Source of the DNA: Candidatus Parvarchaeum sp. | Lineage (GTDB): Archaea; Nanobdellota; Nanobdellia; Parvarchaeales; Parvarchaeaceae | DNA: 64,000 nucleotides | NCBI GenBank assembly: GCA_049965555.1 | Contig: JBMFWF010000002.1 | Span: 26,751-90,750, forward strand | Direction of reading: 5' to 3' | In this document: positions 46,411 through 56,726 of the stretch, piece after piece | Layout: every line of letters starts with the position of its first letter | How positions within the stretch are numbered: position 1 is the stretch's first letter | The notes under the pieces: model-generated | Seen by the model: only the letters and a program-made list of their open reading frames with translations | Database searches by the model: none | What the model was told of the DNA's origin: nothing | Program-made: the position numbers and the translations under genes

Positions 46411-47436
46411 TTAGTATGGCATAAAGCTTTCTCCAAGACTTTGAAGAAGATCTGTTTGTCTTTCAAAGTAATCTCTAGCATTTTTGAATCTTTCAATTAA
46501 ATTCCTTGCGACTGCATTTTTTAGATCGAGCGGATGTATTTTCTTTTCTGTGTATAACTTTATCATTTGTTCTGTAGATTCTATTGTTATGTCTCCTCCA
46601 AATTTCTTCTCCCTCTCTATTTTGAACTTACCATCATTCGGAATTATGAAAAAGTTAACTATCTGCACAATGAAATTATCTTCAATCACTCCTTCTGGAC
46701 AGTAGCCATTCATTATTTTCCTCTTTATTGATTCTTCTGAATCGTATATCTTGATATTGCTTTCAGGTACAGATGAAGACATTTTTGTTCCTGGCCCGCG
46801 TATTGATGCTATAAGAGGAGTAAGAACTTCCACTCTTTTTCTGTAGCCCAATTTCTCCAGGTATTCCCTGGCGTATGCAAAGATATGCCTTTGGTCCATC
46901 CCGCCAAGCTGTATATCTACATCCAGATATTCCTCATCTAAAGTCTGCATAAGCGGATAAATAATCTCGCTTACCTTTGGATTTTTCATCCTTGTAACTT
47001 CAGAAGCTGCATGCATTCCTTTCTCAACAGTAGTAAGCGTGGAAAGTTTTAACAGGTCTGAAACATACGGCTGGCTCAATTCAAAATCCGAGCCCCTTAC
47101 AAATTCTGGCATTCTTTCCCAGTCAAATGCAAGCTCTATGCACTTCTTTGTGTAATCAACTCTTTTATCTAACTCTTCCCATTTTGATTTAAGATCATCC
47201 AATGCTGCATGTAAATCCGCTATTAATATTTTTGGATGTACGCCTGCTTTTTCAAAATCAAAAAGTTTGCCCAATGCAACCAGGTGGCCAAGATGTATCG
47301 ATCCAGTAGGAGCCCGGCCTATGTAGACAGAAAGAGGTTTACCATCATCTAATAGATTTTTCAGTTCCTCAACAGTAATTATCTCAAGAGTATTCCTTTT
47401 TATTAAATTCAGGCGCTCTTCAGTGTCCATAAACAT
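46411..47436 (-). CDS. tyrS: Tyrosyl-tRNA synthetase (archaeal type)
   Basis: PTGSIHLGH, ADLHA, YPLMQ.LD, GGMDQR, KMSSS, HPLDLK. Confidence 0.95.
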   Translation of the reverse strand: MFMDTEERLNLIKRNTLEIITVEELKNLLDDGKPLSVYIGRAPTGSIHLGHLVALGKLFDFEKAGVHPKILIADLHAALDDLKSKWEELDKRVDYTKKCIELAFDWERMPEFVRGSDFELSQPYVSDLLKLSTLTTVEKGMHAASEVTRMKNPKVSEIIYPLMQTLDEEYLDVDIQLGGMDQRHIFAYAREYLEKLGYRKRVEVLTPLIASIRGPGTKMSSSVPESNIKIYDSEESIKRKIMNGYCPEGVIEDNFIVQIVNFFIIPNDGKFKIEREKKFGGDITIESTEQMIKLYTEKKIHPLDLKNAVARNLIERFKNARDYFERQTDLLQSLGESFMPY

Positions 47437-47525
47437 ATATAATCAAATTAGGATATATATACATTATCAATAAAGTAATTGGTAATTGAGGTAAACTTTA
47501 ATTTCCCGTAACAACAATAATAAAA

Positions 47526-48704
47526 ATGAAATTCATACATGTTGGAGATACGCATATAGGGCAAGTATACAAGAATGATACAAGAAATAACGACATAAAA
47601 GAAGCATTCACACAGATGATTGATTATGCTGTATCTGAAAAAATAGATTTTATTGTACATTCAGGAGACCTTTTCGACTCTGGCAGCCCCCCTTTAGATT
47701 CGCTTTTGTTTGTAACTGATGAATTAAACCGGTTAAAAAACGCGGGCATACCTATGTTTATAATTCCAGGATCGCACGATGTTGGGATAGGGGAAGAAGA
47801 AAGCATCATAGAACTTTTCCATAGAAACAAACTTCTTACAAATCTAAATTCTAAAAAGTACATCGAATTTGGAGAAAAGGTAGATCTTAAGGGAGAAACA
47901 TATAAAGGAGCGTTTATATGCGGGGTAAAAGGAAAAAGAAGCAAAGTAGAAGATGAAATATTCAAAAAATTAGAAATAGAAATGGACAATTCTGCCATAA
48001 TAAAGATTTTCGCTTTCCACCACACCATCTCTTACCTTGGAGAAAAGTTTAAGGACCTTGAAACGGAAAGTCTGCCAAAAGGATTTGACTATTATGCTGC
48101 AGGTCACTGGCATGGGCACAGGGAGGATATAAAATATGATAAAGGGATAATACAATACCCAGGTTCTCTCGAATATTGTGATGAAAAGGAAATTGTAGAC
48201 AATCCGAATAGAGGCTTTTTTGTAGTATCATATGAAAAGGAGGGCATAAGCTCCATAGAATACAAAATAATAAAAACAAGAGCTAAACAAATTTTGAATT
48301 TAAATGCCGATGATAAAAAAGCTTCTGAATTAGAGAGTGAAGTAATTAACCAGCTAAGAAAAAACGATGGAGAAATATTGGTTATAAAACTAGAAGGAAA
48401 ACTAGCCGATAAAGCATCCGAAGTTAATATTATAAAAATTAAAAAAATAGCGTATGAACTTGGATATTCTTATGTAAGCGTAAATAAATCGAAGCTAAAT
48501 GACAAAGACACTGATATACAAGAAAACGAGATAAAAGCAAAGGAGCTATCCACAGTAGAATATGAATTTCTCAAGAAGAAGGGATATAATGAAAAAGAAA
48601 TAAAGATTGCAAGGTATTTAATAGATTCGCTCGGAGAAAATGCTGATAACATAAAAAAGGAGGTTGAAAATTTATTTTATTCATATGATAATCTCGAAAA
48701 TTAA
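47526..48704 (+). CDS. mre11: Mre11 nuclease
   Basis: GDTHIG, SGDLFD, PGSHD, FHH, AGHWH, YPGSLE. Confidence 0.93.
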   Translation: MKFIHVGDTHIGQVYKNDTRNNDIKEAFTQMIDYAVSEKIDFIVHSGDLFDSGSPPLDSLLFVTDELNRLKNAGIPMFIIPGSHDVGIGEEESIIELFHRNKLLTNLNSKKYIEFGEKVDLKGETYKGAFICGVKGKRSKVEDEIFKKLEIEMDNSAIIKIFAFHHTISYLGEKFKDLETESLPKGFDYYAAGHWHGHREDIKYDKGIIQYPGSLEYCDEKEIVDNPNRGFFVVSYEKEGISSIEYKIIKTRAKQILNLNADDKKASELESEVINQLRKNDGEILVIKLEGKLADKASEVNIIKIKKIAYELGYSYVSVNKSKLNDKDTDIQENEIKAKELSTVEYEFLKKKGYNEKEIKIARYLIDSLGENADNIKKEVENLFYSYDNLEN

Positions 48705-51075
48705 GCTTGAAAACATCAGAAGTCATCAAAATACGGAGATATCATTTTCAGAGGGAATAAATGTAATAACTGGTAACACAGGCAGTGGCAAATCTTCAAT
48801 ATTAATGTCAATAGAATATGCACTTTTTGGAAAGATAGGAGAAGGAAAAGAAGAAGGAAAAATGCTACTGAGAAGAAACTCTTCTGAGGGAGAAATCAGT
48901 ATAACAATAAAGAATGGCAGCGATGAATACGAGATAAGCAGAGGCTTAAAGAGGGTTAACGATTCCGTAAGAAACGACGATTCAAAAAACTATATAAACA
49001 AAAACAATCGGCGTGTAGACCTCCAAAACAGGGCTTCTGACTTAAACTACTATGTAAACAAATTATTGAAGATTGAATCAGAAAACCCTCTTGAAACTTT
49101 TGAAACTATAACATACATAAAACAAGATGAATTAAAAACACTGATATTTGAAACGGGCCAGTACAAACAAGAGTATATAGATGGTCTTTTGCAACTTAAC
49201 AAGTATCTAGATGTTTACGATAGCACAAAAGAGGTTATAAACAAAATAAAAAATGAGATAGAAATAGACAAAAAGGAACTAGAATTGAGCGTTGACCAAA
49301 ATGAAATAATAAAGGTAGAAAACAGGATAAATGAAAACCAAAACCGGATAAAGAGTCTAGAAGAAGAAGCAATAAACAACCAAATACTTCTAGATAACAA
49401 AAAGATAGAAAAAACCCAGAAAGAAAGCGAACTGGAATTTGAAAGAGACAAGAAAATAAAATTTGAAAAAACTTTAACAGAAATAAAAATAAAGGAAAAT
49501 GAAAAATCCAAACTTGAACTTGAAAAAACGAGAATAGACGAGAAAATAAATGAAACCCGAAAAAACCTGAAGCAGATAGACAGATTAAAAAAAGATGAAA
49601 TTGAGAAAATGATTAAAGATCTCGAAGAAAGCAAAAAAATACAGGATGAAAACGTTAAAAAACTGTATGAAAACTTCTTTCAAATAGAATATTCTTATAA
49701 AAAAGCACAAGATGAGATTGATGAACTTAAAAAAGAAATAGAAAGCGAGAATAAAAATTTATATAAACTAAATCAAGAGCAAGAGGAATTTGAAAAGCAA
49801 ATTAAAAACATAACTGAAATAGAAAACAAAGAAGAGCTTAATGGGAGAGTTCATGAATTAAACAACCTAATAAAAGACCTAGAAAAAGAATTGGCACAAT
49901 CTATTGAATTAGGTATTTGCATTGTGTGCGGCAGTAAAATAAGTGATCAGACCCATATAAAAAAAGAATACTCAAGTAAGATAGACAGATACAAAAATGA
50001 GATAGAAAGATTAAAAGACATAGCAAGAAGCATAAAATATTCAAAAAGCGATCTTGAAAAAAATATCGGATTAAATAGAATGAAGATTGAAACTACAAGA
50101 AACAACCTACTAAAACTTGAATCAAAACTGGAAGAGAATAAAAAAAGTGAAAAGGAAAAGGAATACTTGGATATAAAGGAAACTTACCAAAAAGAAAAAC
50201 AAAAACTAGAGAACATATCAATAGAACTTAATAAAGCAAGGGAAAGCCTTAAGCTATTACAAGAAGAAGAGAAAAAACTATTTGAAATTGAAAGCTATAC
50301 AAACAGGATAGATGAAATAGATAAAGCAATAAACAATTATAAACAAGAGATAATACAATTGAATGCTAATTTATCCGAAATAAAATTCGATGATAAAAAA
50401 TTAGACGAAACTGAAAGTGAATTCAAGCTTATTTCTGAAGAATTAAACAAACTAAATTATAAGATTAGTGAGATAAAAAAGGAAGCGGAGCTAAGAAAAG
50501 CACAGTTTATAGCCGATAAAAATGAAAGAGAAGAACTGGAAAGAAAGGTCAAGAGAAAGGAAGAACTTTCAAAGATGCTCAGTAAAAAGGAAAGCCTCTT
50601 AAAAACCATATCGAATTTAAGAGAAGATATTCGAGGGATAAGGGAATATGTCCGACTTCGTTTTATAAACGATTTCAGGTCTATTTTCAAAACGCGCTTT
50701 GAGGAACTTAGAAATGAAGTGGATTACGACATAGACATAGACAACAATTATAATGTTATAATTGCTGCTGGAAACGAAAAGATGGATGCAAGGTCTTTAT
50801 CAGGTGGAGAAAAAACTTCGGTAGCGATAGCATACAGACTAGCATTATCATCTCTGGCGTCTGTCCTTGGTGGCGTAGGAAAAAATGAGATTATAATAAT
50901 GGATGAACCGACATCTGGATTAGATAAAGAGGATATAAACGCGCTTACAAATGCAATAACTAAGATAACAGACTTAAAGCAAATAATAATAGTAACCCAT
51001 GAAGACAATATGAAAAACATTGCAGATAACGTGATAAAATTGAAAAAGGAATCGGGAGTGTCTTCTGTTTATTAA
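48685..51075 (+). CDS. rad50: Rad50 ATPase (start placed at ATG 48685)
   Basis: LENIRSH, GNTGSGKSS, central CIVC zinc hook in a coiled coil, LSGGE, MDEPT, VTH. Confidence 0.95.
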   Translation: MIISKIKLENIRSHQNTEISFSEGINVITGNTGSGKSSILMSIEYALFGKIGEGKEEGKMLLRRNSSEGEISITIKNGSDEYEISRGLKRVNDSVRNDDSKNYINKNNRRVDLQNRASDLNYYVNKLLKIESENPLETFETITYIKQDELKTLIFETGQYKQEYIDGLLQLNKYLDVYDSTKEVINKIKNEIEIDKKELELSVDQNEIIKVENRINENQNRIKSLEEEAINNQILLDNKKIEKTQKESELEFERDKKIKFEKTLTEIKIKENEKSKLELEKTRIDEKINETRKNLKQIDRLKKDEIEKMIKDLEESKKIQDENVKKLYENFFQIEYSYKKAQDEIDELKKEIESENKNLYKLNQEQEEFEKQIKNITEIENKEELNGRVHELNNLIKDLEKELAQSIELGICIVCGSKISDQTHIKKEYSSKIDRYKNEIERLKDIARSIKYSKSDLEKNIGLNRMKIETTRNNLLKLESKLEENKKSEKEKEYLDIKETYQKEKQKLENISIELNKARESLKLLQEEEKKLFEIESYTNRIDEIDKAINNYKQEIIQLNANLSEIKFDDKKLDETESEFKLISEELNKLNYKISEIKKEAELRKAQFIADKNEREELERKVKRKEELSKMLSKKESLLKTISNLREDIRGIREYVRLRFINDFRSIFKTRFEELRNEVDYDIDIDNNYNVIIAAGNEKMDARSLSGGEKTSVAIAYRLALSSLASVLGGVGKNEIIIMDEPTSGLDKEDINALTNAITKITDLKQIIIVTHEDNMKNIADNVIKLKKESGVSSVY

Positions 51076-52688
51076 AATAAGGTATCATTAACTGAATCCA
51101 CATTTGCTTTAGGAACTCTAGAATAATCGGTATTTGTTGTCATCCTACCTGAATTGCCCAAGAAGAGTTTTAAATCCTTCAGTATATGTGGGTACCGGTA
51201 CTTTAACTGGTCATACAAAGCAAATGCAATTTTCTTGTATTCTGGATGTGCTTCATCTGTACTTCTATTCTCTGCAATAAAAATAGCCTCTGCTAGGCTC
51301 ATAGACATCTTTAAGTTTACTCTTGTTGCGAAAGGTACCAAAAGTTCAAGCTCGGAATTAAACCCTTTTTGATATAACTTATTAGAATAGTTATTTATTT
51401 CACCTAAAACTTCTTTTGAAGCATGCAAAGCTTCATTGTTTTTATACACCACTGCAGGGAGTATATAATCATTTAGGTGTATTACCAAATTTCTATTCGA
51501 AAGCCTATGCCTCCACAAATCTCTTGCGGTGCCTAAAGAGCAGGTTATATCAACTTGAAGAAATGATGACCTTATAACGCTGTCATTAAGATCATCGAAC
51601 TTACCTTTTCTGCTAGAAGATAAATTTTTAAGGTATTCTGTTACTACTTCTTTTTGCTTATCTTTATCATTATGGGGTAGCTGAGAGTATATTGATTTTA
51701 ACAGCTGCTTCTCGCTTTGAGAACCGTCGGTTAAATTTACAATTACAGACTCCAATGAAGAGAGGCGCATTTCATTTGAAAGATTTGAATAATCAAAACT
51801 AACCCTCTCATTGTAAACCGCTTTATTAAACTCATCAGGAATCATATGCGTAGACAGAGAAGGAACATTATCCAAAACAGTAGAATAGAAGAGTTTGCCT
51901 GCCTGCTGGTTATAAGTATTTTTACTTGAGAGTAATTTTCTACCTATGTTCTCTGCTGTCCTAGCACTTAAAAGCATGACAAGAGAAGTCCTTGCTCCCA
52001 ACGGCAAAAAACTTCTTATGGAATCACGTATAGTTGGAGTTATTATTGTCTTTATTTGCTCATCGTTCGGTGGATTACCGTTCGCTTTTATAAAATCCTG
52101 TTTGTATAATTCCATTAAACTATCAAATAAAGAATTATATAAGCCAGACAATTCTTTATAGCCTTTTGATAAAAATCCCGCTGCTTCTTTATTTGTGCTT
52201 TCCGAAATGTGAGTCTCATCAAACTTAACATAACGTGTAGACCTTTCCTGAGACGAAATGAACACTTCATCTTGTATAGTCAATGCAGTTATCTCAGGTA
52301 CAACCATTGACATCATAAAATTAGATTGTTCGCCTATGTTTCTATGCCCGAGTACAGATTGAATATTATAGAGAGTTTTTCTGATGGAGTCGTCAAGCGA
52401 TGAATAAACCTTGTTGAAAAAATTGTTAACAGCAGCAGGGTCCGATAAATCAAGCTTTTCATCGAATATTCTAGAATACTTATTTGTAATCGAAGCAGAC
52501 TTTGAAACTAGCTTTTCAAGTAGGCTTTCTCCACTCTTTGTGCTCAATCGACTTGATAGTGAAAGATCCTCCAGGGCCAGCATCTCTGTTGTTGGGAAAG
52601 CCCTATAAAAAAGTGCGCCCATCCCATCTAAATAATAAAAACGTATGAAACCATTATCGTTTCTTTTGATTTCTTGCATAAAAATCAA
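51072..52688 (-). CDS. thyX: FAD-dependent thymidylate synthase with tandem ThyX domains
   Basis: LGHRNIGE, QERSTRYV, R.FLP in the first half; RDLWRHR, ENRS...AHPEY in the second half. Confidence 0.85.
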   Translation of the reverse strand: MIFMQEIKRNDNGFIRFYYLDGMGALFYRAFPTTEMLALEDLSLSSRLSTKSGESLLEKLVSKSASITNKYSRIFDEKLDLSDPAAVNNFFNKVYSSLDDSIRKTLYNIQSVLGHRNIGEQSNFMMSMVVPEITALTIQDEVFISSQERSTRYVKFDETHISESTNKEAAGFLSKGYKELSGLYNSLFDSLMELYKQDFIKANGNPPNDEQIKTIITPTIRDSIRSFLPLGARTSLVMLLSARTAENIGRKLLSSKNTYNQQAGKLFYSTVLDNVPSLSTHMIPDEFNKAVYNERVSFDYSNLSNEMRLSSLESVIVNLTDGSQSEKQLLKSIYSQLPHNDKDKQKEVVTEYLKNLSSSRKGKFDDLNDSVIRSSFLQVDITCSLGTARDLWRHRLSNRNLVIHLNDYILPAVVYKNNEALHASKEVLGEINNYSNKLYQKGFNSELELLVPFATRVNLKMSMSLAEAIFIAENRSTDEAHPEYKKIAFALYDQLKYRYPHILKDLKLFLGNSGRMTTNTDYSRVPKANVDSVNDTLF

Positions 52689-52729
52689 ATAAAGAATGAT
52701 TTACAGTACTTAAATACTTATAAAATAAA

Positions 52730-52832
52730 TGCAGGGGAAGGGATTTGAACCCTTGAACTCACAAAGAGAGCAGATAGCTCAAACGCGCACTTCTTGAGTC
52801 TGCCGCGTTTGGCCAGGCTTCGCTACCCCTGC
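52730..52832 (-). tRNA. tRNA-Leu(CAA) with 17-nt intron at 37/38 (52776-52792)
   Basis: GCAGA-CT-CAA-G[intron]A-TCTGC; BHB with central helix CTCA/TGAG and bulges AGA and CTA; long variable arm. Confidence 0.93.
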
Positions 52833-52917
52833 AAAACCATCCGAAACCTAATATATCCCGGTATTCAAAATATTAATAACAATTAAGCTTAAATAAGTTT
52901 ATTTAGATTTCAGCTAT

Positions 52918-53154
52918 TCATTGACTTTTGTTTTCAACATTGGATTTGTTTAGGTCATTAAATATATTTTCAAAAGATTCATGTATACTTTTTAAATCAG
53001 AAGAAAGATTAGAAATTAAATTCTCATATTTGTCAGCATCCATTTTGAACTTATTGAAAGAATCAGAAGCACGATCGATTAACTTTTTAAGTTCTTCATA
53101 CTGTAGTTTAGCAGAGTATGAAACGCCAACAAACACATCCTCTTCATTTACCAT
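52918..53154 (-). CDS. Hypothetical small coiled-coil protein
   Basis: 78-aa ORF with heptad pattern. Confidence 0.55.
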   Translation of the reverse strand: MVNEEDVFVGVSYSAKLQYEELKKLIDRASDSFNKFKMDADKYENLISNLSSDLKSIHESFENIFNDLNKSNVENKSQ

Positions 53155-53191
53155 TATAATAATAACAGAATAAAGAATTTAAGCGTTTAAA

Positions 53192-53889
<698 letters not shown>

Positions 53890-53923
53890 AAAAATTAAAG
53901 AATATATAACAATATAAATAAAT

Positions 53924-54433
53924 ATGATAAAATATTACATTTCAAAAAACCCTGCTATTTTATTCGTCGGAATAAATCCGCATTTTGGCTCTTATCATAG
54001 AGGTGTGCCTTTCTCAAACAACAAAATGTTCTGGTATCTGCTTTCGGAAGCAGGGATAATAAAAGAAACTAGAGAATTTCTAAGAGATGATGCTAAACTG
54101 AAAAATCTTTACACCACGATTTCAAAAAAATACAAGATCAATTTTATAAATATAATAGACAAACCAACAAAAAATGTATCACAGTTGAAAAAAGGGGAAG
54201 AAAATAAAGGAGTAAAAAGACTTGCTAAAATAATAGAAAATAAAAAGCCAAAGGTGGTGTGCTTTATTGGAAAGGTTACATTCAGCAATTTCAAAGGAAA
54301 CAATAAAATCAGATTTGGATTGCAAGGGAAAATATTCGATTCAATAGTATATGTTATGCATTTCCCGATACGTGGCTATGCAAGCGTAAGAGTAAAAGAG
54401 CTGAAGACAGTTAAAAAACTAGCTGGACTTTGA
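53924..54433 (+). CDS. mug: Mismatch-specific uracil-DNA glycosylase (MUG/TDG family)
   Basis: ILFVGINP..GS...G.PF..N.MFWYLL..AG, PKVVCFIGK. Confidence 0.8.
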   Translation: MIKYYISKNPAILFVGINPHFGSYHRGVPFSNNKMFWYLLSEAGIIKETREFLRDDAKLKNLYTTISKKYKINFINIIDKPTKNVSQLKKGEENKGVKRLAKIIENKKPKVVCFIGKVTFSNFKGNNKIRFGLQGKIFDSIVYVMHFPIRGYASVRVKELKTVKKLAGL

Positions 54434-54721
54434 TTTTAGCAAATCCTTCTTGTATCTAGACCAGAAAAATATTATCAAATAAACCGAGGAAAAAACTGCT
54501 ATAAAATCTATAAATATTAATAAAATCACAGGCCCACTGTAAAATATAACAGATATTATAGAAAAGGCTATGATTATTGTTAGAAGTATAAAAAGCAAAG
54601 ATATCGCAGTAAATAAAACATGCAAGTCCTTTAATATGCGATAATTGGCATTTTTATCCTGCAAATATTCTTTAAAGCTTTTCTTTACTGTCTTTCCATT
54701 TTTGTATTCGTATATTTTCAT
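54419..54721 (-). CDS. Hypothetical membrane protein (two TM helices)
   Basis: 100-aa ORF with two hydrophobic segments. Confidence 0.6.
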   Translation of the reverse strand: MKIYEYKNGKTVKKSFKEYLQDKNANYRILKDLHVLFTAISLLFILLTIIIAFSIISVIFYSGPVILLIFIDFIAVFSSVYLIIFFWSRYKKDLLKSKSS

Positions 54722-54726
54722 ATAAT

Positions 54727-54848
54727 TGCAGAGGGAGGGATTTGAACCCTCGAGGGCGCTAAGCCACAGGATATCTTATTCTTTGTAAACACAAAGACAG
54801 ATAAGGACCTTAAGTCCTGCACGTTGGGCCAAACTTCGCTACCTCTGC
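54727..54848 (-). tRNA. tRNA-Leu(TAA) with 36-nt intron at 37/38 (54773-54808)
   Basis: CAGGA-CT-TAA-G[intron]A-TCCTG; central helix CTTA/TAAG with bulges AGG and ATA; T arm GGTTCAAATCC. Confidence 0.92.
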
Positions 54849-54881
54849 TTTCAATAGATAAGCCCGACTGATTATTTATAA

Positions 54882-54998
54882 CTAAGCACTCTTTTCACGC
54901 AGAAGCCTTCTCTTTCGTTTTCTGTCCAACATCTTCTTCTTTCTAGTTTTCCACCTGTCTTTATGGTACTTTTTCCAATTTTTTGAACTTCTTTTCAT
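54882..54998 (-). CDS. rpl41e: Ribosomal protein eL41 (eS32)-like, 38 aa
   Basis: Manual translation MKRSSKNWKKYHKDRWKTRKKKMLDRKRKRRLLREKSA; MKR...WKK...RWK pattern of archaeal eL41; below the ORF-track cutoff. Confidence 0.75.
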   Translation of the reverse strand: MKRSSKNWKKYHKDRWKTRKKKMLDRKRKRRLLREKSA

Positions 54999-55022
54999 AT
55001 ACTAATTACATTTTCACCCCAT

Positions 55023-55544
55023 TTATATCTTGGCACCGGTAACACCAGAACTTTGATGATAGTTTCCGGAATATGGCTTTTGTACTTCGCTTAAAGTAGT
55101 GCTTAGCACCAGATGTAGAAATCTAGTGCCTTTTGATATCCTTACAGGCACATTCCCGCCTATCATCATTATTGTAAGATTCCCTTCATAGCCTGCATCT
55201 ACTATTGTTGGAGGTATTGCAAGCCCTAACCTGGCAAATGTTGAACGCACATTGCACATGCCTATTAGATTGTTTGGCATTTTTATCTTTTCATCTATCT
55301 TTATCAAAACTCTTTCTTGAGGAAATATGACGAAGTCCTTCTCTATCTTTTCTTTAGTATAAACTTTTTCAAGTGCAGACTTATCATTTATATCAACGGG
55401 TTCTTTATTATAAATAAAACGCAATAATTCATCTCCTACTCTAAGATCTACTCCATTCTCTCGTATTGTATCATTTGAAAGAGGTTCTATAGAGAACAGT
55501 TTCTTATCCAGGTACTCTCTTATGTCTTTATCGCTTAATATCAT
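55023..55544 (-). CDS. dcd: dCTP deaminase
   Basis: MILSDKDI, VDLRVG, RSTFARLGL, VDAGYEGNLTI, PYSGNY. Confidence 0.93.
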   Translation of the reverse strand: MILSDKDIREYLDKKLFSIEPLSNDTIRENGVDLRVGDELLRFIYNKEPVDINDKSALEKVYTKEKIEKDFVIFPQERVLIKIDEKIKMPNNLIGMCNVRSTFARLGLAIPPTIVDAGYEGNLTIMMIGGNVPVRISKGTRFLHLVLSTTLSEVQKPYSGNYHQSSGVTGAKI

Positions 55545-55628
55545 GTAATGATTAAATTATTACAGTATAAAAATTTATTGTTTTGTGAAAACAAAATAAT
55601 ATTTATCTTAAAAACTTAATAAATTGGT

Positions 55629-56291
55629 ATGATATTTCAAGATGTAGATATAGAATGGCTGCACCATGCATGCTTTAGAGTAAAAGGGAAAAACAAGATA
55701 ATATATACAGATCCGTATAAAGTCAAAAACAATTACAATGATGCAGATTTGATACTTGTAACGCATGACCATTATGATCACCTTGATATAGAAAGCATAA
55801 GGAAGCTAATAAACGAAAGAACGGCAATAGTTGCACCAAAAGACTGCGAAAGCCTACTAAAAGAATTCAAAAACTACAAAGTTTTTGTTTCCCCTAATGA
55901 AGTAAAGATAGTAAAGGAAATAACGATAAAAACAGTTCCATCATATAATACAAATAAATTTAATGACAAAGGAATTGCATTTCATCCGAAAGAGAAAGGG
56001 AATGTAGGTTATATCTTTATAATAGATAATAATAGAATTTACCTTGCAGGAGATACCGACAACATACCTGAAATGCAGAACTTCAAAGCAGACATTGCGC
56101 TTTTGCCGGTTAGCGGGATATACGTTATGACGCCAAAGGAAGCCGCAGAAGCAGCTTTAAGAATAAATCCAAAAATAGCTATACCTATGCATTACGGTTC
56201 GGGCATTGGAACCGAAAAAGAAGCACAGGAATTTAAGAGATTACTGTCAAATAAATTAGATGTAGAGATATTAACCTCTATCGATAAGTAA
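55629..56291 (+). CDS. Metallo-beta-lactamase fold hydrolase
   Basis: HACF, TDPY, THDHYDH, YLAGDT, IPMHYG. Confidence 0.92.
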   Translation: MIFQDVDIEWLHHACFRVKGKNKIIYTDPYKVKNNYNDADLILVTHDHYDHLDIESIRKLINERTAIVAPKDCESLLKEFKNYKVFVSPNEVKIVKEITIKTVPSYNTNKFNDKGIAFHPKEKGNVGYIFIIDNNRIYLAGDTDNIPEMQNFKADIALLPVSGIYVMTPKEAAEAALRINPKIAIPMHYGSGIGTEKEAQEFKRLLSNKLDVEILTSIDK

Positions 56292-56333
56292 ATTAAAAAG
56301 ATTTAAATATAACATATTTTATAAGATAACAAT

Positions 56334-56714
56334 ATGTCTAAAAGCACAGCACCGACTCTTAAGAAAAAAGGAGGAGGATTTAAAGGGAAGAGGAGAGATA
56401 AGAGAAGGAGCGAGTCAAAGAATATATCAGTTCCTTTACAAGTAGGCGAGAGAAAGATAAAAACCTCCAGAACAGTTGGAGGAAACACAAAAATAATACC
56501 ACTAAAAATAGATCAGGGCAATCTTTTTGATCCAAAAAGCAAAAAAACATCAAAAGTAAAAATAGTAAGAGTCTTAGAAAACAAGGCAAACAGGTCTTAC
56601 GCAAGGCGTAATATAATCACAAAAGGGGCAATAGTAGAAACTGACCAGGGTGAAGCAATTGTAACAAATAGGCCCGGTCAAGATGGGCAAGTAACCTTAA
56701 AAAAGCTGGATTGA
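56334..56714 (+). CDS. rps8e: Ribosomal protein eS8
   Basis: RTVGGNTK, VLEN.AN..YARRNIITKGAIVET..G.A.VTNRPGQDG. Confidence 0.96.
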   Translation: MSKSTAPTLKKKGGGFKGKRRDKRRSESKNISVPLQVGERKIKTSRTVGGNTKIIPLKIDQGNLFDPKSKKTSKVKIVRVLENKANRSYARRNIITKGAIVETDQGEAIVTNRPGQDGQVTLKKLD

Positions 56715-56726
56715 TCGTAAGGATCA

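Noticed and set aside
49200-50600. Highly A-rich quasi-repetitive DNA
   Set aside because: Explained by the Lys/Glu-rich Rad50 coiled coil; no true tandem repeat.
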